From Octopus vulgaris (lineage: Eukaryota): a stretch of DNA of 64,000 nt. A program made the position numbers and the translations under genes. The notes below the pieces were generated by a model, which was not told where the DNA came from, did no database searches, and worked only from the letters and a program-made list of their open reading frames with translations. Location: positions 496,001 through 560,000 of the forward strand of contig OX597842.1 in NCBI GenBank assembly GCA_951406725.2, written 5' to 3'. Below are positions 42,190 to 55,385 of this stretch, piece after piece (within the stretch, counting starts at the first letter, position 1; each line of letters begins with the position of its first letter).

Positions 42190-43106
42190 CTTTTCTACTC
42201 TAGGCACAAGGCCCGAAATTTTTGGGAAGCGGGGTCAGTAAATTACATCAAAACCAGTACACAACTAGAACATAATTTATCGACCCCGAAAGGATGAAAG
42301 GCAAAGTCAACCTCAGCAAAATTTGAACTCAGAATGTAAAGACAGATGAAATACCGCTAAGCATTTCACCAGGCGTGCTAACATAGAGGGGACAAACAAG
42401 GACAGACAAACGGATTAAGTCGATTACATCGATCCCAGTGCATAACTGATACTTAATTTTGCCCAGCGAGCTTGTTTCTGCCACTTTGCCACCTTCTTGA
42501 GTTTCTTATTTCTTTATTACCCACAAGGGGCTAAACATAGAGGGGACAAACTAGGACAGACAAAAGGATTAAGTCGATTATACCGACCCCAGTGCGTAAC
42601 TGGTACTTAATTTGTCGACCCAGAAAGGATGAAAGGCAAAGTCGACCTTGGCGGAATTTTAACTCAGAACGTAAAGACAGATGAAATACCCATTTCTTTA
42701 CTACCCACAAGGGGCTAAACATAGAAGGGACAAAGAAGGACAGACAAAAGGATTAAGTCGATTATACCGACCCTAGTGCGTAACTGGTACTTAATTTGTC
42801 GACCCAGAAAGGATGAAAGGCAAAGTCGACCTTGGCGGAATTTTAACTCAGAATGTAAAGACAGATGAAATACCCATTTCTTTACTACCCACAAGGGGCT
42901 AAACATAGAAGGGACAAAGAAGGACAGACAAAGGGATTAAGTCGATTATATCGACCCCAGTGCGTAACTGGTACTTAATTTGTTGACCCCGAAAGGATGA
43001 AAGGCAAAGTTGACATCGGCGGAATTTGAACTCGGAATGTAAAGACAGACGAAATACCGCCAAGCATTTCATCCGGCATGCTAACGATTCTGCCAGCTTG
43101 TTGCCT
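42190..43106 (-). mobile_element. Tandem array of SINE family B units
   Basis: About 184-bp units near 42510, 42695 and 42875; the last carries the full tRNA head. Confidence 0.88.
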
Positions 43107-43399
43107 TATGGCTGCAGTATCATGATTGAAAGATGTAAAAGTTAAAAGATTGACAGTTTTAACGTCATTCAACAGAAACAACTTGACTCAGACTGATATT
43201 TCTCTGATGAAAATTCAACTAAAGCAGTCTGGGAGTGTGGGATATCATTATTATCATTTAATGAAGATCCAGGAAGACATGGGACCACTAATATAGCTAG
43301 AGTGTGTGCCACCTGGGGTGGCCCTTCCATTTGCTGCCCCGCAAAAAATTTGCATGTTGTCCACAGCAATAGTCTGAGTGCTAAGAGTACCATATGAGT

Positions 43400-43810
43400 G
43401 AGATCGTTGCCAGAGCAACAAGCTGGTCTCCGTGCCGATGGCACGTAAAAGGAAAGGCCATTCAAGCATGATCGTTACCAGTGTCACCTTACTGGTACTT
43501 GTGCTGGTGGCACATGAAAAAACATTCGAGCGAGGTCGCTGCCAGTGCCACTGGACTGGCTCCTGTGCAGGTGGCACCATTTGAGTGTGGCTGTTGCCAG
43601 TACCGCCTGACTGGCTCTCATGCTGGTGGTACATAAAGGCACCCACTACACTCTCGGAGTGGTTGGCATTAGGAAGGGCATCCAGCTGTAGAAACTCTGC
43701 CAGATCAAGATTGGGGCCTGGTGCAGCCATCTGGTTTGCCAGTCCTCAGTCAAACTGTCCAACCCATGCCAGCATGGAAAGCGGACATTAATCGATGATG
43801 ATGATGATGA
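43400..43810 (+). mobile_element. Family D with internal gtgccggtggcacgtaaaa-type repeats
   Basis: Ends in (GAT)n. Confidence 0.75.
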
Positions 43811-43889
43811 GAATGAAATGTTCCACCCCTTTAAAAGTGCCACCCAGGGTGGACCACCCCTACCGCCCCCACCCCCCAGCTATGCTAGT

Positions 43890-44200
43890 TCATGGGACGA
43901 TGTATTGAAGACTGATCTCAAAACACTGACCCTTACAAAGTAGATGACAGAGGACCGAGATATGTAATGTATCGCTGACCTCAAGAACACCCGACCACCA
44001 CAACAGAACAGAAATCCTAAAACCAATGTGCCATGTAAAAAGCATCCAGTACACTCTGTAAAATGGTTGGTGTTAGGAAGGGCATCCAGCTGTAGAGACA
44101 AAGCCAAAACAGACAGTAGAACCCTGACCCTGACCATGCTTCTGCCTGTGACACCATCCATCCCATGCCAGCATAGAAAATGCATATTAAATATTGAGGA
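43890..44200 (+). mobile_element. RTE-type LINE C-terminus plus family D 3' UTR
   Basis: SWDDVLKTDLKTLTLTK*MTEDRDM resembles the W...V..DL...DR..W RTE terminus and runs into the family D motif. Confidence 0.65.
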
Positions 44201-44423
44201 TAATGATGGTGATTTTTTATGCTTTTATGAGCCAGATGGGATTTGTTGAGCCCAATTTTCTACAGCTGGATGCCCTTCCTGTGACCAATCCTCACCTGTT
44301 TCTAGAGAAAGGTAATATTTCCTCATGGCTGGACATGTTCTTCATGGAAGACTGGAAACAAACAACACCACTAGTATGACGGTGATGCTCATTTACAATC
44401 ATCACGTGATGTTGTACAAGGGC

Positions 44424-44795
44424 TGGGACCTTCCTCCAGCCCCTCCCTTCGGTGCTTCTACAACGGCACTTAAAATGGTTCAGTCATGTGGCCTGGCGTC
44501 CAGAGGTTGAGCTGATTTGCAATGTCCTCCTCCCACCTACACTTCCCAGCTGGCGCAAACGCATGTGAGGGCAGCTGAAGACCTGGGTAATGACGATAAA
44601 GGAGGGCCTCTCTGCACTCTCAGGTTCGCAGGTGGCCGGTCTGCGCAGATGGAACCGCGAATGGTTTGCTATCTCCAGTGACCTCACACAGGACCGTCAA
44701 GCGTGGGCAGCCATGGTTCGTGATGCCATTAGGACCAGAGAAGAAGCCGACTCAATCCACCCTGGGTGAACACCATCACAAGTACAAGTAAGTAA
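44424..44795 (+). mobile_element. 5'-truncated RTE-clade LINE with 13-bp target-site duplication
   Basis: LQRHLKWFSHVAWRPE...GQLKTW...DLTQDRQAWAAMVRD; tail CAAGTACAAGTAAGTAA; GTTGTACAAGGGC at 44411-44423 and 44796-44808. Confidence 0.88.
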
Positions 44796-45419
44796 GTTGT
44801 ACAAGGGCGCACACACACACAGATACAATGAGCTTCTTTCAGTTTCCATTTCCCAAATTCCCTGACAGGACATTGGTCAGGTTGCAGTTATAGTTGAAGA
44901 CCTATGCCCAAAGTGCTGTGCTGTTTAGTGGGACTGAACTTAAAACCATATGCTTAAAAAGCAAGCTTCTTAACCACAAAGCCATACCTGTACTTATTCT
45001 TTGACTTGTCTCAATTATTTGACTGTGGCCATGCTGGAGCACTGCCTCGAGGGGTTTTAGTCAAACAAATCAAACCCCAGACTTATTTTTTAAGTCTCTT
45101 TTGCTGAACTGCTAAGTTACAGGAATGTAAACACACAAACACTGGTTGTCAAGTGGTGATAGGGAGACAAATGCAAGCATGGACACAAACACATAGATAT
45201 ATACATGTATAGATATATACGATGGGCTTCTTTCAGTTTCCGTCTATCAAATCCACTTAAGAGGCTTTGGTTGGCTTGAGGCTATAGTAGAAGACACTTG
45301 CTCAAGATGCCATGCAGCTGGGAAACAAGTTTTTTTTTTTTTACCACACAGCCATGCCTGTGCCTATGTACATAAAAAAAGTAGGAATTTTCTTTTCTCT
45401 TAAAAACCAACATGCTCAC

Positions 45420-45826
45420 ATCCAAATTTTGGCCCATGGCAAGCAAGTTTGAAGGTGATAAATTGATTACATTGACCCCAACACGCAACTGGTATTTATT
45501 TTATCAACCCCAAAAGGATGACAGGCAAAGTTGACCATAGTGGCATTTGAACTGTAAATGAGAGTAAAGATGGAAGAAACACTGCAAAGTGTTTCACCCG
45601 GCATGCTAACAATTCTTATTTCTTTATTGCCCACAATAAAGGGGACAAACAAGGGGGTTAAGTCGATTACATCAGCCCCAGTGCGTAACTGGCACTAATT
45701 TACTCGACCCCAAAAGGATGAAAGGCGAAGTCGACCTCGACAGAATTTGAACTCAGAACGTAACAGCAGACAAAATGCCACTAAGAACTTTGTCTGGCGT
45801 GCTCATGATTCTACCAGCTCACTGCC

Positions 45827-45883
<57 letters not shown>

Positions 45884-46345
45884 GTTTCAGTTTTTGTTAC
45901 AAGGGCAGCAAATTTGAGGGAGGGGATAGGTTGAATTCATCAACCTCAGTGTTTTACTGGTACTTAATTTATCAACCTCAAACAACAAGGGGATTAAGTT
46001 GATTACATCAACCCCAGTGTGTAACTGGTACTTAATTTATCAACCCCAAAAGGATGAAAGGCAAAGTCGACCTTGGCGGAATTTGAACTCAGAATGTAAT
46101 GGCAGACGAAATACCTATTTCTTTACTACCCACAAGGGGCTAAACACAGATAGGACAAACAAGGACAGACAAAGGGATTACGTCGATTACATTGACCCCA
46201 GTGCATCACTGGTATTTAATTTATTGACCCTGAAAGGATGAAAGGCAAAGTCGACCTCGGCAGAATTTGAACTCAGAACGTAACGGCAGACGAAATACCG
46301 CTAAGCATTTCGCCCAGCGTGCTAACGATTCTGCCAGCTCACTGC
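45420..46345 (-). mobile_element. Array of about five SINE family B units around an (AAT)n tract
   Basis: Repeated Meta-like domain. Confidence 0.85.
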
Positions 46346-46489
46346 TTAGCACCAGATTAAAAGTGAGAGTTATTTTACTAAATTCATTATTTTCAAAATT
46401 TATTGAAATGAAGTCAGTGTATTTCAACAGATATATGGTAACAAAAGGGTTAAAGTGATCTAAATGGAAACCTTCCATCAAAATTTCAT

Positions 46490-47305
46490 ACTCTCTTTAC
46501 TTGTTTCAGTCATTTGACTGTGGCCATGCTGGAGGACCACCTTTAGTCGAACTAATCGAGCCGAGAACTTATTCTTTGGAAACCGAGTACTTATTCTATA
46601 GGTCTCTTTAGCTGAACTGCTAAATTAAGGGGACGTGAACACACCATCATTGGTTGTCAAGCGATGTTGTGGGGACAAACACAGACACACAAACATATAC
46701 ACACACACACACACATATATATATATATGTATATACGACGGGCTTCTTTCAGTTTCCGTCTACCAAATTCACTCACAAGTCTTTGGTTGGCCTGAGGCTA
46801 TAGTAGAAGACACTTGCCCAAGGTGCCACACATGGGACTGAACCCAGAATCATGTGGTTGGTAAGCAAATAACTTACCACACAACCAGTCCTGAACCTAT
46901 ACATACTCTTACTCTTTTACTTGCTTCAGTCATCTGACTGTGGCCATGCTGGAGCACCGCCTTTAGTCGAGGAAATTGACCCTTGGACATATTATTTGTA
47001 AGCCTAGTACTTCTTCTATCGGTCTCTTTTGCTGAACTGCTAAGTTACGGGGACGTAAACACACAGGCATCGGTTGTCAAGCGATGTTGGGGGGAACAAA
47101 CGCACACACATATATATACATGTACATATGCATAAATACGATGGGCTTCTTTCAGTTTCCGTCTACCAAATCCACTCACAAGGCTTTGGTCGGCCCAAGG
47201 CTATAGTAGAAGACACTTGCCCAAAGTGCCATGCAGTGGGAATGAACCCATGATCCATGTGGTTGGTAAGCAAGCTACTTACCACACAGCCACTCCTATG
47301 CCTAT
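46490..47305 (-). mobile_element. Two head-to-tail SINE family A copies
   Basis: 46490-46900 and 46905-47305. Confidence 0.88.
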
Positions 47306-47437
47306 GTCAACTCATGCTTGAAACACTAGCTTGATAATGACAGTTATTTCACGAAATTCTTCAATAATTAAAAAAAAATGAATAATTCAAACAAACACTA
47401 TGCATTTCAATAGAAACATGGTAATCAAAAAAGTTAA

Positions 47438-47664
47438 CCCTTTTGATATCAGCTTGCTTGATTCTGCCTTCGTTAAGCAATACAAATTTAATTTTAATGT
47501 GAGTTAAATTAAAATCTTGCATCAAAATTTCACGTTAATTTAATTTCGAAACACTAGATTCATGACGACAGCTGTTTTATTAAATTTTATTAAATTCTTC
47601 ATTATTTTTAAAATTAAATAAACCAATGTCAATATATTTCAACAGAAATATCGCAACAAAAGGG
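47438..47664. mobile_element. piggyBac-like MITE
   Basis: TTAA (47434-47437) + CCCTTTTG ... CAAAAGGG + TTAA (47665-47668); related right ends at 46345-46454 and 47318-47437. Confidence 0.7.
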
Positions 47665-47748
47665 TTAAGGATAATTACTTTAAACATGACATCTCTAATT
47701 GCTATTGTAACGATCATTTAATTGCTCTTGTAACTCCTTACAAACATA

Positions 47749-48241
47749 TCTTTATATATAAAATTGAGGTTGTGTGCTGTCTGTCTCCTACGATTTAGAT
47801 TCCTAACTACTCCCACATTTTGTGGGGCAGTGTAACCCAAACAGGGTATCTTATAGTCGTGATTCATATCGAGCCCCTCTGGGTATTAGCGCACGTCTAT
47901 GATGAGTCTACAATTTAAAAAAAAATTTACCATCATTTTTTTCCATTTTAATGCATTTTTTTTGCAATTATATAAGGGAAGTAACTCTCTAAAAATGTCT
48001 ACGATGAGTCTACGATTTAAAAAAAATTTACCATCATTCTTTTCCATTTCAATGCATTTTTTTCGCTATTATATAAGGGAAGTAACTCTCTAAAAATGTC
48101 TACGATGAGTCAACGATTTAAAAAAAAAATTTACCATAATTTTTTCCCCATTTTTAATGCATTTTTTTGCTATAACTCTCTAAAAATGCTTATATAGTTA
48201 TTTCCCTTACAAACCCGAGCAACGCTGGGTGATACTGCTAG
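47749..48241 (+). mobile_element. Non-autonomous Helitron with three internal ~100-bp tandem units
   Basis: A|TC start, CCCGAGCAACGCTGGG hairpin, CTAG|T end; same family as 31720-32115. Confidence 0.9.
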
Positions 48242-48509
48242 TTTTATATACAGGGGAAAATTGATAACATTAATTGTCTAACACTCAGATTCCTCTGCCG
48301 AACGTAATCCTTATTTATTCCCATTGTTTTTCAATTAATCATGCCCTATCTCATAGCTCTGAGATTTTGACGATGTGATTTATTTTCTAGAATAACATTG
48401 TAGGTAGGTGTGAGAGGTTGGATCTGGTCAGATTAATCCTTCAGTATTCAGATTACTTCGTTAAATATATAAAGCTTATCTGTTCCCATTGTTTTGAATT
48501 AATCATGTA

Positions 48510-48652
48510 TTACTCGTTTACTCTCTTACCTGTTTCAGTCATTTGACTGCGGCCATGCTGGAGCACCGCCTTTAGTCGAGCAAATCGCCTCAAGGATTTA
48601 TTCTTTGTAAGCCTAGTACTTATTCGATCGGTCTCTTTTGCCACAATACTGC

Positions 48653-48685
<33 letters not shown>

Positions 48686-48840
48686 TACATATATATGACG
48701 GGCTTCTTTCAGTTTCCATCTACCAAATCCACTCACAAGGCTTTGGTTGGCCCGAGGCTATACTAGAAGACACTTGCCCAAGGTGCCACATAGTGGGACT
48801 GAACCCGGAACCATGTGGTTGGTAAGCCACTTCTACGCCT
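48510..48840 (-). mobile_element. SINE family A with internal deletions
   Basis: Family motifs. Confidence 0.8.
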
Positions 48841-49469
48841 TAAAATAAGACATTGTTTTTGTTCTCTACATTCTATACGATGTAGCTTTGTATTTTTATC
48901 AGAAACCCGCTCCTTCCTCATAGGAAGACTTCAAATAATTAAAAACTGAAGTGAACTTACATGCATATACCTCTTGTAAACACCCATCAACAAAACCCTT
49001 ATCCATGCCACCACATATCAGCATCCCACCCTGCAACTAACATAACCAGCGCTACCACAACCATGATGGCAATCACCAACACCACCACCACCATGGATAT
49101 TAACACCAACACTGCCATATTTCCTACCAACGCTAACATACCCATTTAAAACACAGATGTATAAGCACACACATACCTTCCGCAATACACACATTCTCAT
49201 AACTAGATATACAAAGACACACCGCAACAAAAACACACATCAGTACTACATACATACATACAGACACACACACAAACATACATGCATAAATATAATGATC
49301 TACACACACATATATATACACAATGACTTCCATATCAAACATGGTACAAGGCTATCAGTCTATCAAAATGTAATGGTAATCAGCGAGGCAATCTAATGAA
49401 ACAAATGTGGACTCCAAAAATATAAAACAATAATATAACACAAACCTACCAACAATACCACAAGCATTT

Positions 49470-52035
49470 CTAATACCACCACCACCACCACCACCACCAC
49501 CACCACCATCACCACCACCGCCACTGTCATCACTGCCACCACCACCACTGCCACCTGCCACCACTGCCATCACTGCCATCATCACCACCACTGTTATCAC
49601 CGCGCCCCCATACCGCCACTGCCACCGCGACCATCACTGCCACCACCACCAATATCACGAGTGTTTCCTACAGCAATGGTTCTGTCTAATTACAAATCCA
49701 CCACCAATATCACTACCACCAAAACCACAACCACCATCACCACCACCACGACCACCACTGCCACAATACTGCAAGGCTATCAAACTATCGTGTGAAATAT
49801 TAATCTGTGAGGCGGTGTTACAAAACAATTGCGGAGTCCCAAAATACAACTGACATTAACAGCGGCGACCACCACCACTACCCCCACCAACACCACCACC
49901 ACCACCACCACCACCAATTTTATGTTTTAATGAGTCCACCTCACTACCTAGCTACCTATCTACCAATCTACCCACTTTACAAATCCACCCAGCAGTACTA
50001 CCACAAAAACCACCACCACCACCACCACCACCACCATCACCACCACCCATCACCACTACCAACACCACTAACACCTTTCTTCTCAACAAACCCACACCCA
50101 CCTCCCTCCTTCCCTACCTTACATATCTGCAAATCTGCCTACTAGCGACGCTACCACCAAAACCACAACAAACACAACCTCCACCACTCATACCACCACC
50201 AGCTTCCTTTGTCAATGTACCCAACTATCTACCACCCAATCTATTAATCTACACACTTATCTGCCAATCCACCCTGTACTACGAACAAAACCACAACCAC
50301 CATGACCACCACCAAGCAACCACCAATCAGCACCACTATTGGCCTTCTTTATCAATGAACCTACCTATCCACCTTCTTACCAACCTATCATGTAATCCTC
50401 ACACCTGTAATGCTACCACCAACACAACCATCACCATCACTGATAACAACAACTATAAAAACACCATTAACTACCTTTTACGATTAATCCATCTACCTAA
50501 CTACATAACTATCTATTCAGTAATCTACTTGCTTATCTAGCAGTCCACCCACTGGCAGCGCTATTACCAAAACCACCGCGTTCAATATCAATATTACTAC
50601 CACCAACCATCACCAGGAACACAACCAAAACCACTGATACCAGAACCACCACCACCAACACCACTAGATCCAGCACTAATACTACAACCAACATTACCAA
50701 CAGCAACTCCAACACTACAACTAACACTAACACCACCACCACTACCATCACAACCACTCTTACCACCACCACCACCACTGCTGCTATCATCACCACTACC
50801 ACCATGCTAATACCAATGCCACAACTGACACCACTACCATCAACACTACCACTACAACTATCATCACAACCAGCATTAACACTAACCACTACCACCACCA
50901 CCGCCACCGCAACTACTACTACCACCAAAACAACATCCAACATTAACACCACCACTGCCAACCACCACCAACAGCAACATGACCACCGCCAATACTACTA
51001 CTACCGAAACCACTGCAACCAGAATGAACACCAACCACCACCACATCCAATATTAACATTACTATCACTAACCACCACCACCGCCACCACAACCAACAAC
51101 AACACTAACACTAAAACCACTGCTACTACTACTACTACTACAACTACTACCACTACCAAAACCTTCACAATCAGCATTAACACCAACAACCACCACCACT
51201 ACCACCAAAACCACCACATCCAACATTAACATCACTATCACCAACCACCACTACAACCAACACCACCACCAACACTACTACTACCATCATCACAACCAAT
51301 ACCTATACCACTAAAACCACCACAATCAGCACTTAGTGCCAACCACCACCACCACCACCACCACCACCACCACAACCACCACCAATACCACTTCCCCCTC
51401 CAGGGTCCTTACCTTTAATAACATTTTCGTATTATCTCGGTGGAGAAAATTTTTAAACGAAATTTTCCCTTAATTATATATTTTTAACGAGATAGCAATC
51501 TTGTTAATTTCCACAAATTAACGACTGATACGAACCGCTGAGAGCAGTGAGATGGTTTAGAAAGGTGGGGTGGGTGGGTGGGTGGCAGAGGAGAGGAAGG
51601 GAGGGTATGGGGGGAGGATGCATGAAGGGTATTGGTGGTTGCAAAAGCCTAGGTGGTAGTAGTGATAGGGTGAATATGGGTGTTGTTGTTGTGGTAGTGG
51701 TGGTGTTGGTTGTAGTGGTTGTGGTGGTGTTGGTTGTGGTAGTGTTGGTTGTGGTGGTGTTGGTTGTAGTGGTTGTGGTAGTGTTGGTTGCAGTGGTTGT
51801 GATGGTGGTGGTGGCGTTGGTTGTGATGGTGGTGGTAGTTGTGGCAGTGGTGTTGGTGTTGGTTGTAGTGGTTGTGGTGCTGTTGGTGGTAGAGGTGGTG
51901 GTGGTGGTTGGTGGTGTTGGTTGTAGTGGTGGTGGTTGTGGTGGTGGCGGTGCTGGTTGTGGTGGTGCTAGTGTTGGTTATGTGGTGATGGTGTCGGTTG
52001 TGGTGGTGTTGGTTGTGGTGTGGTTGTGGTGGTAA
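49470..52035. repeat. Degenerate (CCA/CTA)n field switching to (GGT/TGT)n after a unique island
   Basis: C-rich 49470-51390, unique 51400-51560, G-rich 51680-52035. Confidence 0.9.
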
Positions 52036-52047
52036 TTGCTAGTATAG

Positions 52048-52827
52048 TATACTAACTACTATACTGAACATTAGATAATGTAGCCCTAGATACACTATGT
52101 CTGAATAAAAGATGGGATGGTCACAAATGGAATGTCTTTGATCATAAGCCTATCTGGATCTAGACACACCGCTGATACTAACTACTATACTGAACATTAG
52201 ATAATGGAGTCCTAGGTATACTATGTCTGAATAATAGATGGGATGGTCACAACTGGAACGTCTTTGATCATAAGCCTATCTGGATCTAGACACACCACTA
52301 ATACTAACTACTATACTGAACATTAGATAATGTAGTCCTAGGTATACTATGTCTGAATAATAGATGGGATGGTCGTAACTGGAACATCTTTAATTATAAG
52401 TCGACTGGATCAGGACTGACCTGGGGTTAAACAACTACAACTATAGCCATTAATACTATCAACTATAATACACATTAAATAATGTAATCCTTGATACTCT
52501 ATGTTTAAATATCGAATGGGATGGTCACAGCTGGAACCTGTTTGATCATAGGTCTACAGGAACAAGCTTGACCTGGGGTTAACCAACAACCATAACCACT
52601 AATACTAACTACTATACTATACATTGGATAATGTAGTCCTAGATACACGATAAATCAAAGATAGCACAGGAGTGGCTGTGTGGTAAGTAGCTTGATTACC
52701 AACCGCATGGTTCCAGGTTCAGTCCCACTGCGTGGCACCTTAAGCAAGTGTCTTCTACTATAACTTCGGGCCGACCAAAGCCTTGTGAGTGGATTTGGTA
52801 GATGGAACCTGAAAGAAGCCTGTCGTA

Positions 52828-52916
<89 letters not shown>

Positions 52917-53206
52917 ATATGTTTGTGTTTGTCCCCCACCAACATCGCTTGACAACCAATGCTGGTGTGTTTATGTCCCCGTAACTTAGCGGTTCGGCAA
53001 AAGAGACCAATATAATAAGTACTAGGCTTACAAAGAATAAGTCATGGGGTCAATTTGCTTGATTAAAGGTGGTGCTCCAGCATGGCCACAGTCAAATGGC
53101 TAAAACAAGCAAAAGAGCAAAGAGTAAAAGAGATGGGATGGTCACAGCAGGAACATCTTTGATCATAGGTCTACTGGGTCAGGACTGACCTGGGGCTAAA
53201 CAACAG
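52048..53206 (+). repeat. Five tandem 125-150 bp units of a dispersed repeat; last unit split by a SINE A
   Basis: Unit atactaactactatactgaacattagataatg...gatgggatggtcac...tttgatcata; inverted relative at 13705-13870. Confidence 0.85.
52663..53130 (+). mobile_element. SINE family A, full length
   Basis: Complete; the host repeat resumes at 53131. Confidence 0.9.
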
Positions 53207-53371
53207 TCACCCTGGTCACTAGAATAAATACTTGCCAGAACCTTACCAGCAGTTGACAGCAGAGCTATACCTCTATGGTTGTCACACTTTATCCTGACTC
53301 CCCTTTTTTGAAAAGAGGAAGGAAAATTGCATCTTTCCAGCCCCTGGGAACAGCACCATCCCTCCAGACTA

Positions 53372-53768
53372 CACTCTTTTACTTATTTCAGTCATTTGAC
53401 TGCGGCCATGCTGGAGCACCGCCTTTAGTCGAGCAACTCGACCCCGGGACTTATTCTTTGTAAGCCCAGTACTTATTCTATCGGTCTCTTTTGCCAAACC
53501 GCTAAGTGATGGGGATGTAAACAAACCAGCATCGATTGTCAAGCAATGCAAGGAGGACAAAAACAGACACACAAACATACACACACATATATATATACAT
53601 ATATACGACGGGCTTCTTTCAGTTTCCGTCTACCAAATCCACTCACAAGGCTTTGGTCGGCCCGAGGCTATAGTAGAAGACACTTGCCCAAGATGCCACA
53701 CAGTGGGACTGAACCCGGAACCATGTGGTTGGTTAGCAAGCTACTTACCACACAGCCACTCCTGCTCT
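53372..53768 (-). mobile_element. SINE family A, full length
   Basis: Reverse complement of 52663-53130. Confidence 0.9.
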
Positions 53769-53912
53769 CATGAAGTTTCTGTATGACGTGGTCCCCATGA
53801 AAGCAGAAGAACTCGATGCAAACTCTGCCTTTACCAGGTGCTTTACCAACATTCAACTTATTGTCATTTCTACCTCGTCTATTGAGGGTGCAGAGTGCAT
53901 GGTACTGATGAT

Positions 53913-54125
53913 AGGCGAGCTGGCAGCAGCGTAAGCACGCCGGGTGAAATGCTTTGTGGTATATTGTCTACTGCTGCGTTCAAGTTCAACTTTGCCTTTC
54001 ATCCTTTCGGGGTTGATTAAATATGTACCAGTTACACACTGAGGTCGATGTAATCGACTTAATCCGTTTGTCTGTCCTTGTTTATTCTTTCTGTGTTTAG
54101 CCCCTTGTGGGTAGTAAAGAGATAG
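53913..54125 (+). mobile_element. SINE family B
   Basis: ggcgagctggcag head and Meta-like domain. Confidence 0.8.
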
Positions 54126-54269
54126 GTTTTTGTTGTGTAGTATCAACTACAACATCATCTACAGCTGACACATATTTCCAACTGTGGCTCCCAACTCTTT
54201 TATTTAAATGAGTTTTCCAATGGCCCCCTTTTAATATGCTTATCCTAATGTATATAATTTATTTATTTA

Positions 54270-54570
54270 TGCACCCTTTTCAAGCCTAGCGAGGCTCATG
54301 GGCCCAGTTTCTGTGGTGTATGTTTTCCCACCCCCAGCTGGACGGAACGCCAGTCCATCGCAGCGTTACTCAAGAAACAAGAAGAAAGAGTGAGAGAAAG
54401 TTGGGATGGAAGAGTGCAACAGGGGTTGCCACCACCCTCTGCCGGAGCATCGTGGAGTTTTTAGGTGTTTTCGCTCAATAAACACACACAATGCCTGGTC
54501 TGGGAATCGAAACCGTGATCCTCCAACCGTGAGTCTGCTGCCCTAACCACTGGGCCATTGCCCCTCCACT
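54270..54570 (-). mobile_element. SINE family C with GCGATGGACTGG-type tail
   Basis: Head and body as at 9321; tail ends ...ggcttgaaaagggtgc(ataa)n. Confidence 0.85.
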
Positions 54571-54659
54571 ATGTATATAAAACAGTCCTATATTTAAGAG
54601 ATGAGGAATTATGTAAATAATGTGCTTATGTATATATGTATGGAATTTTGAATTTAGTT

Positions 54660-54725
54660 CACAGACCCCCAGTACTACCTTTGTGGACTATCAGGGGTCC
54701 ATGGATACCAGGTTGGGAACCACTG
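54660..54725. mobile_element. hAT-Charlie-like terminal fragment
   Basis: CAGGTTGGGAACCACTG at 54709-54725 is the reverse complement of a CAGTGGTTCCCAACC-type terminus; no partner end found. Confidence 0.5.
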
Positions 54726-54770
54726 GTTTAGAAGTTCAGAAATATACTCAATCCAGCAATTTGTGATTTC

Positions 54771-54862
54771 TATTGGGTTGTCCGGAAAGTTCTTGCCGAT
54801 TTTTGAAGGAAAGGAAAAGGTCAATGAATACTTGCCATTACATTTTTAATCAACCAAATATT
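54771..54862. mobile_element. Mariner-like terminal fragment
   Basis: TA + TTGGGTTGTCCGGAAAGT resembles mariner TIRs. Confidence 0.5.
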
Positions 54863-55058
54863 CTGCAGAGGCAGAAACATCAAATGATCCTTTATAGGGA
54901 TAGATCACTTGTGAGATTCCTCAGTAGCAGCCCCACTAGGGTTCCCTGGTGAGGAGGGCTGCTAGAAACCCAGCAGAACTAAAAACAAGACCTGTCAAAA
55001 GGATAGATGAACCTAGTGTTGCTTCAGTGAGTGTCTGGCAATAGCACAAATACTCAGG

Positions 55059-55333
55059 AGGTCACTCTGCGACTTTTTCTAGAAGGTCACTCTGCGACTT
55101 TTTCTAGAAGGTCACTCTGTGACTTATTTCTAGAAGGTCACTCTGTGACTTTTTCTAGGTCACTCTGCGACTTATTTCTAGAAGGTCACTCTGCGACTTA
55201 TTTCTAGAAGGTCACTCTGCAACTTTTTCTAGAAGGTCACTCTGCGACATTTTTCTAGAAGGTCACTTTGTGACTTTTTACTAGAAGGTCACTCTGTGAC
55301 TTTTTTCTAGAAGGTCACTGCGATTTTTTTCTA
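55059..55333. repeat. Minisatellite, 11 units of 22-26 bp (AGGTCACTCTGYGACTTTTTCTAGA)
   Basis: Counted directly; no spacers between units. Confidence 0.95.
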
Positions 55334-55385
55334 TCTTCAGAGATTTTTACCCAAATTTTACATGCCTTTATTTAGGGCCTTAAAA

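Noticed and set aside
55059-55333. CRISPR-like array of palindromic ~25-bp repeats
   Set aside because: Units are contiguous with no unique spacers, there are no cas genes, and the context is eukaryotic
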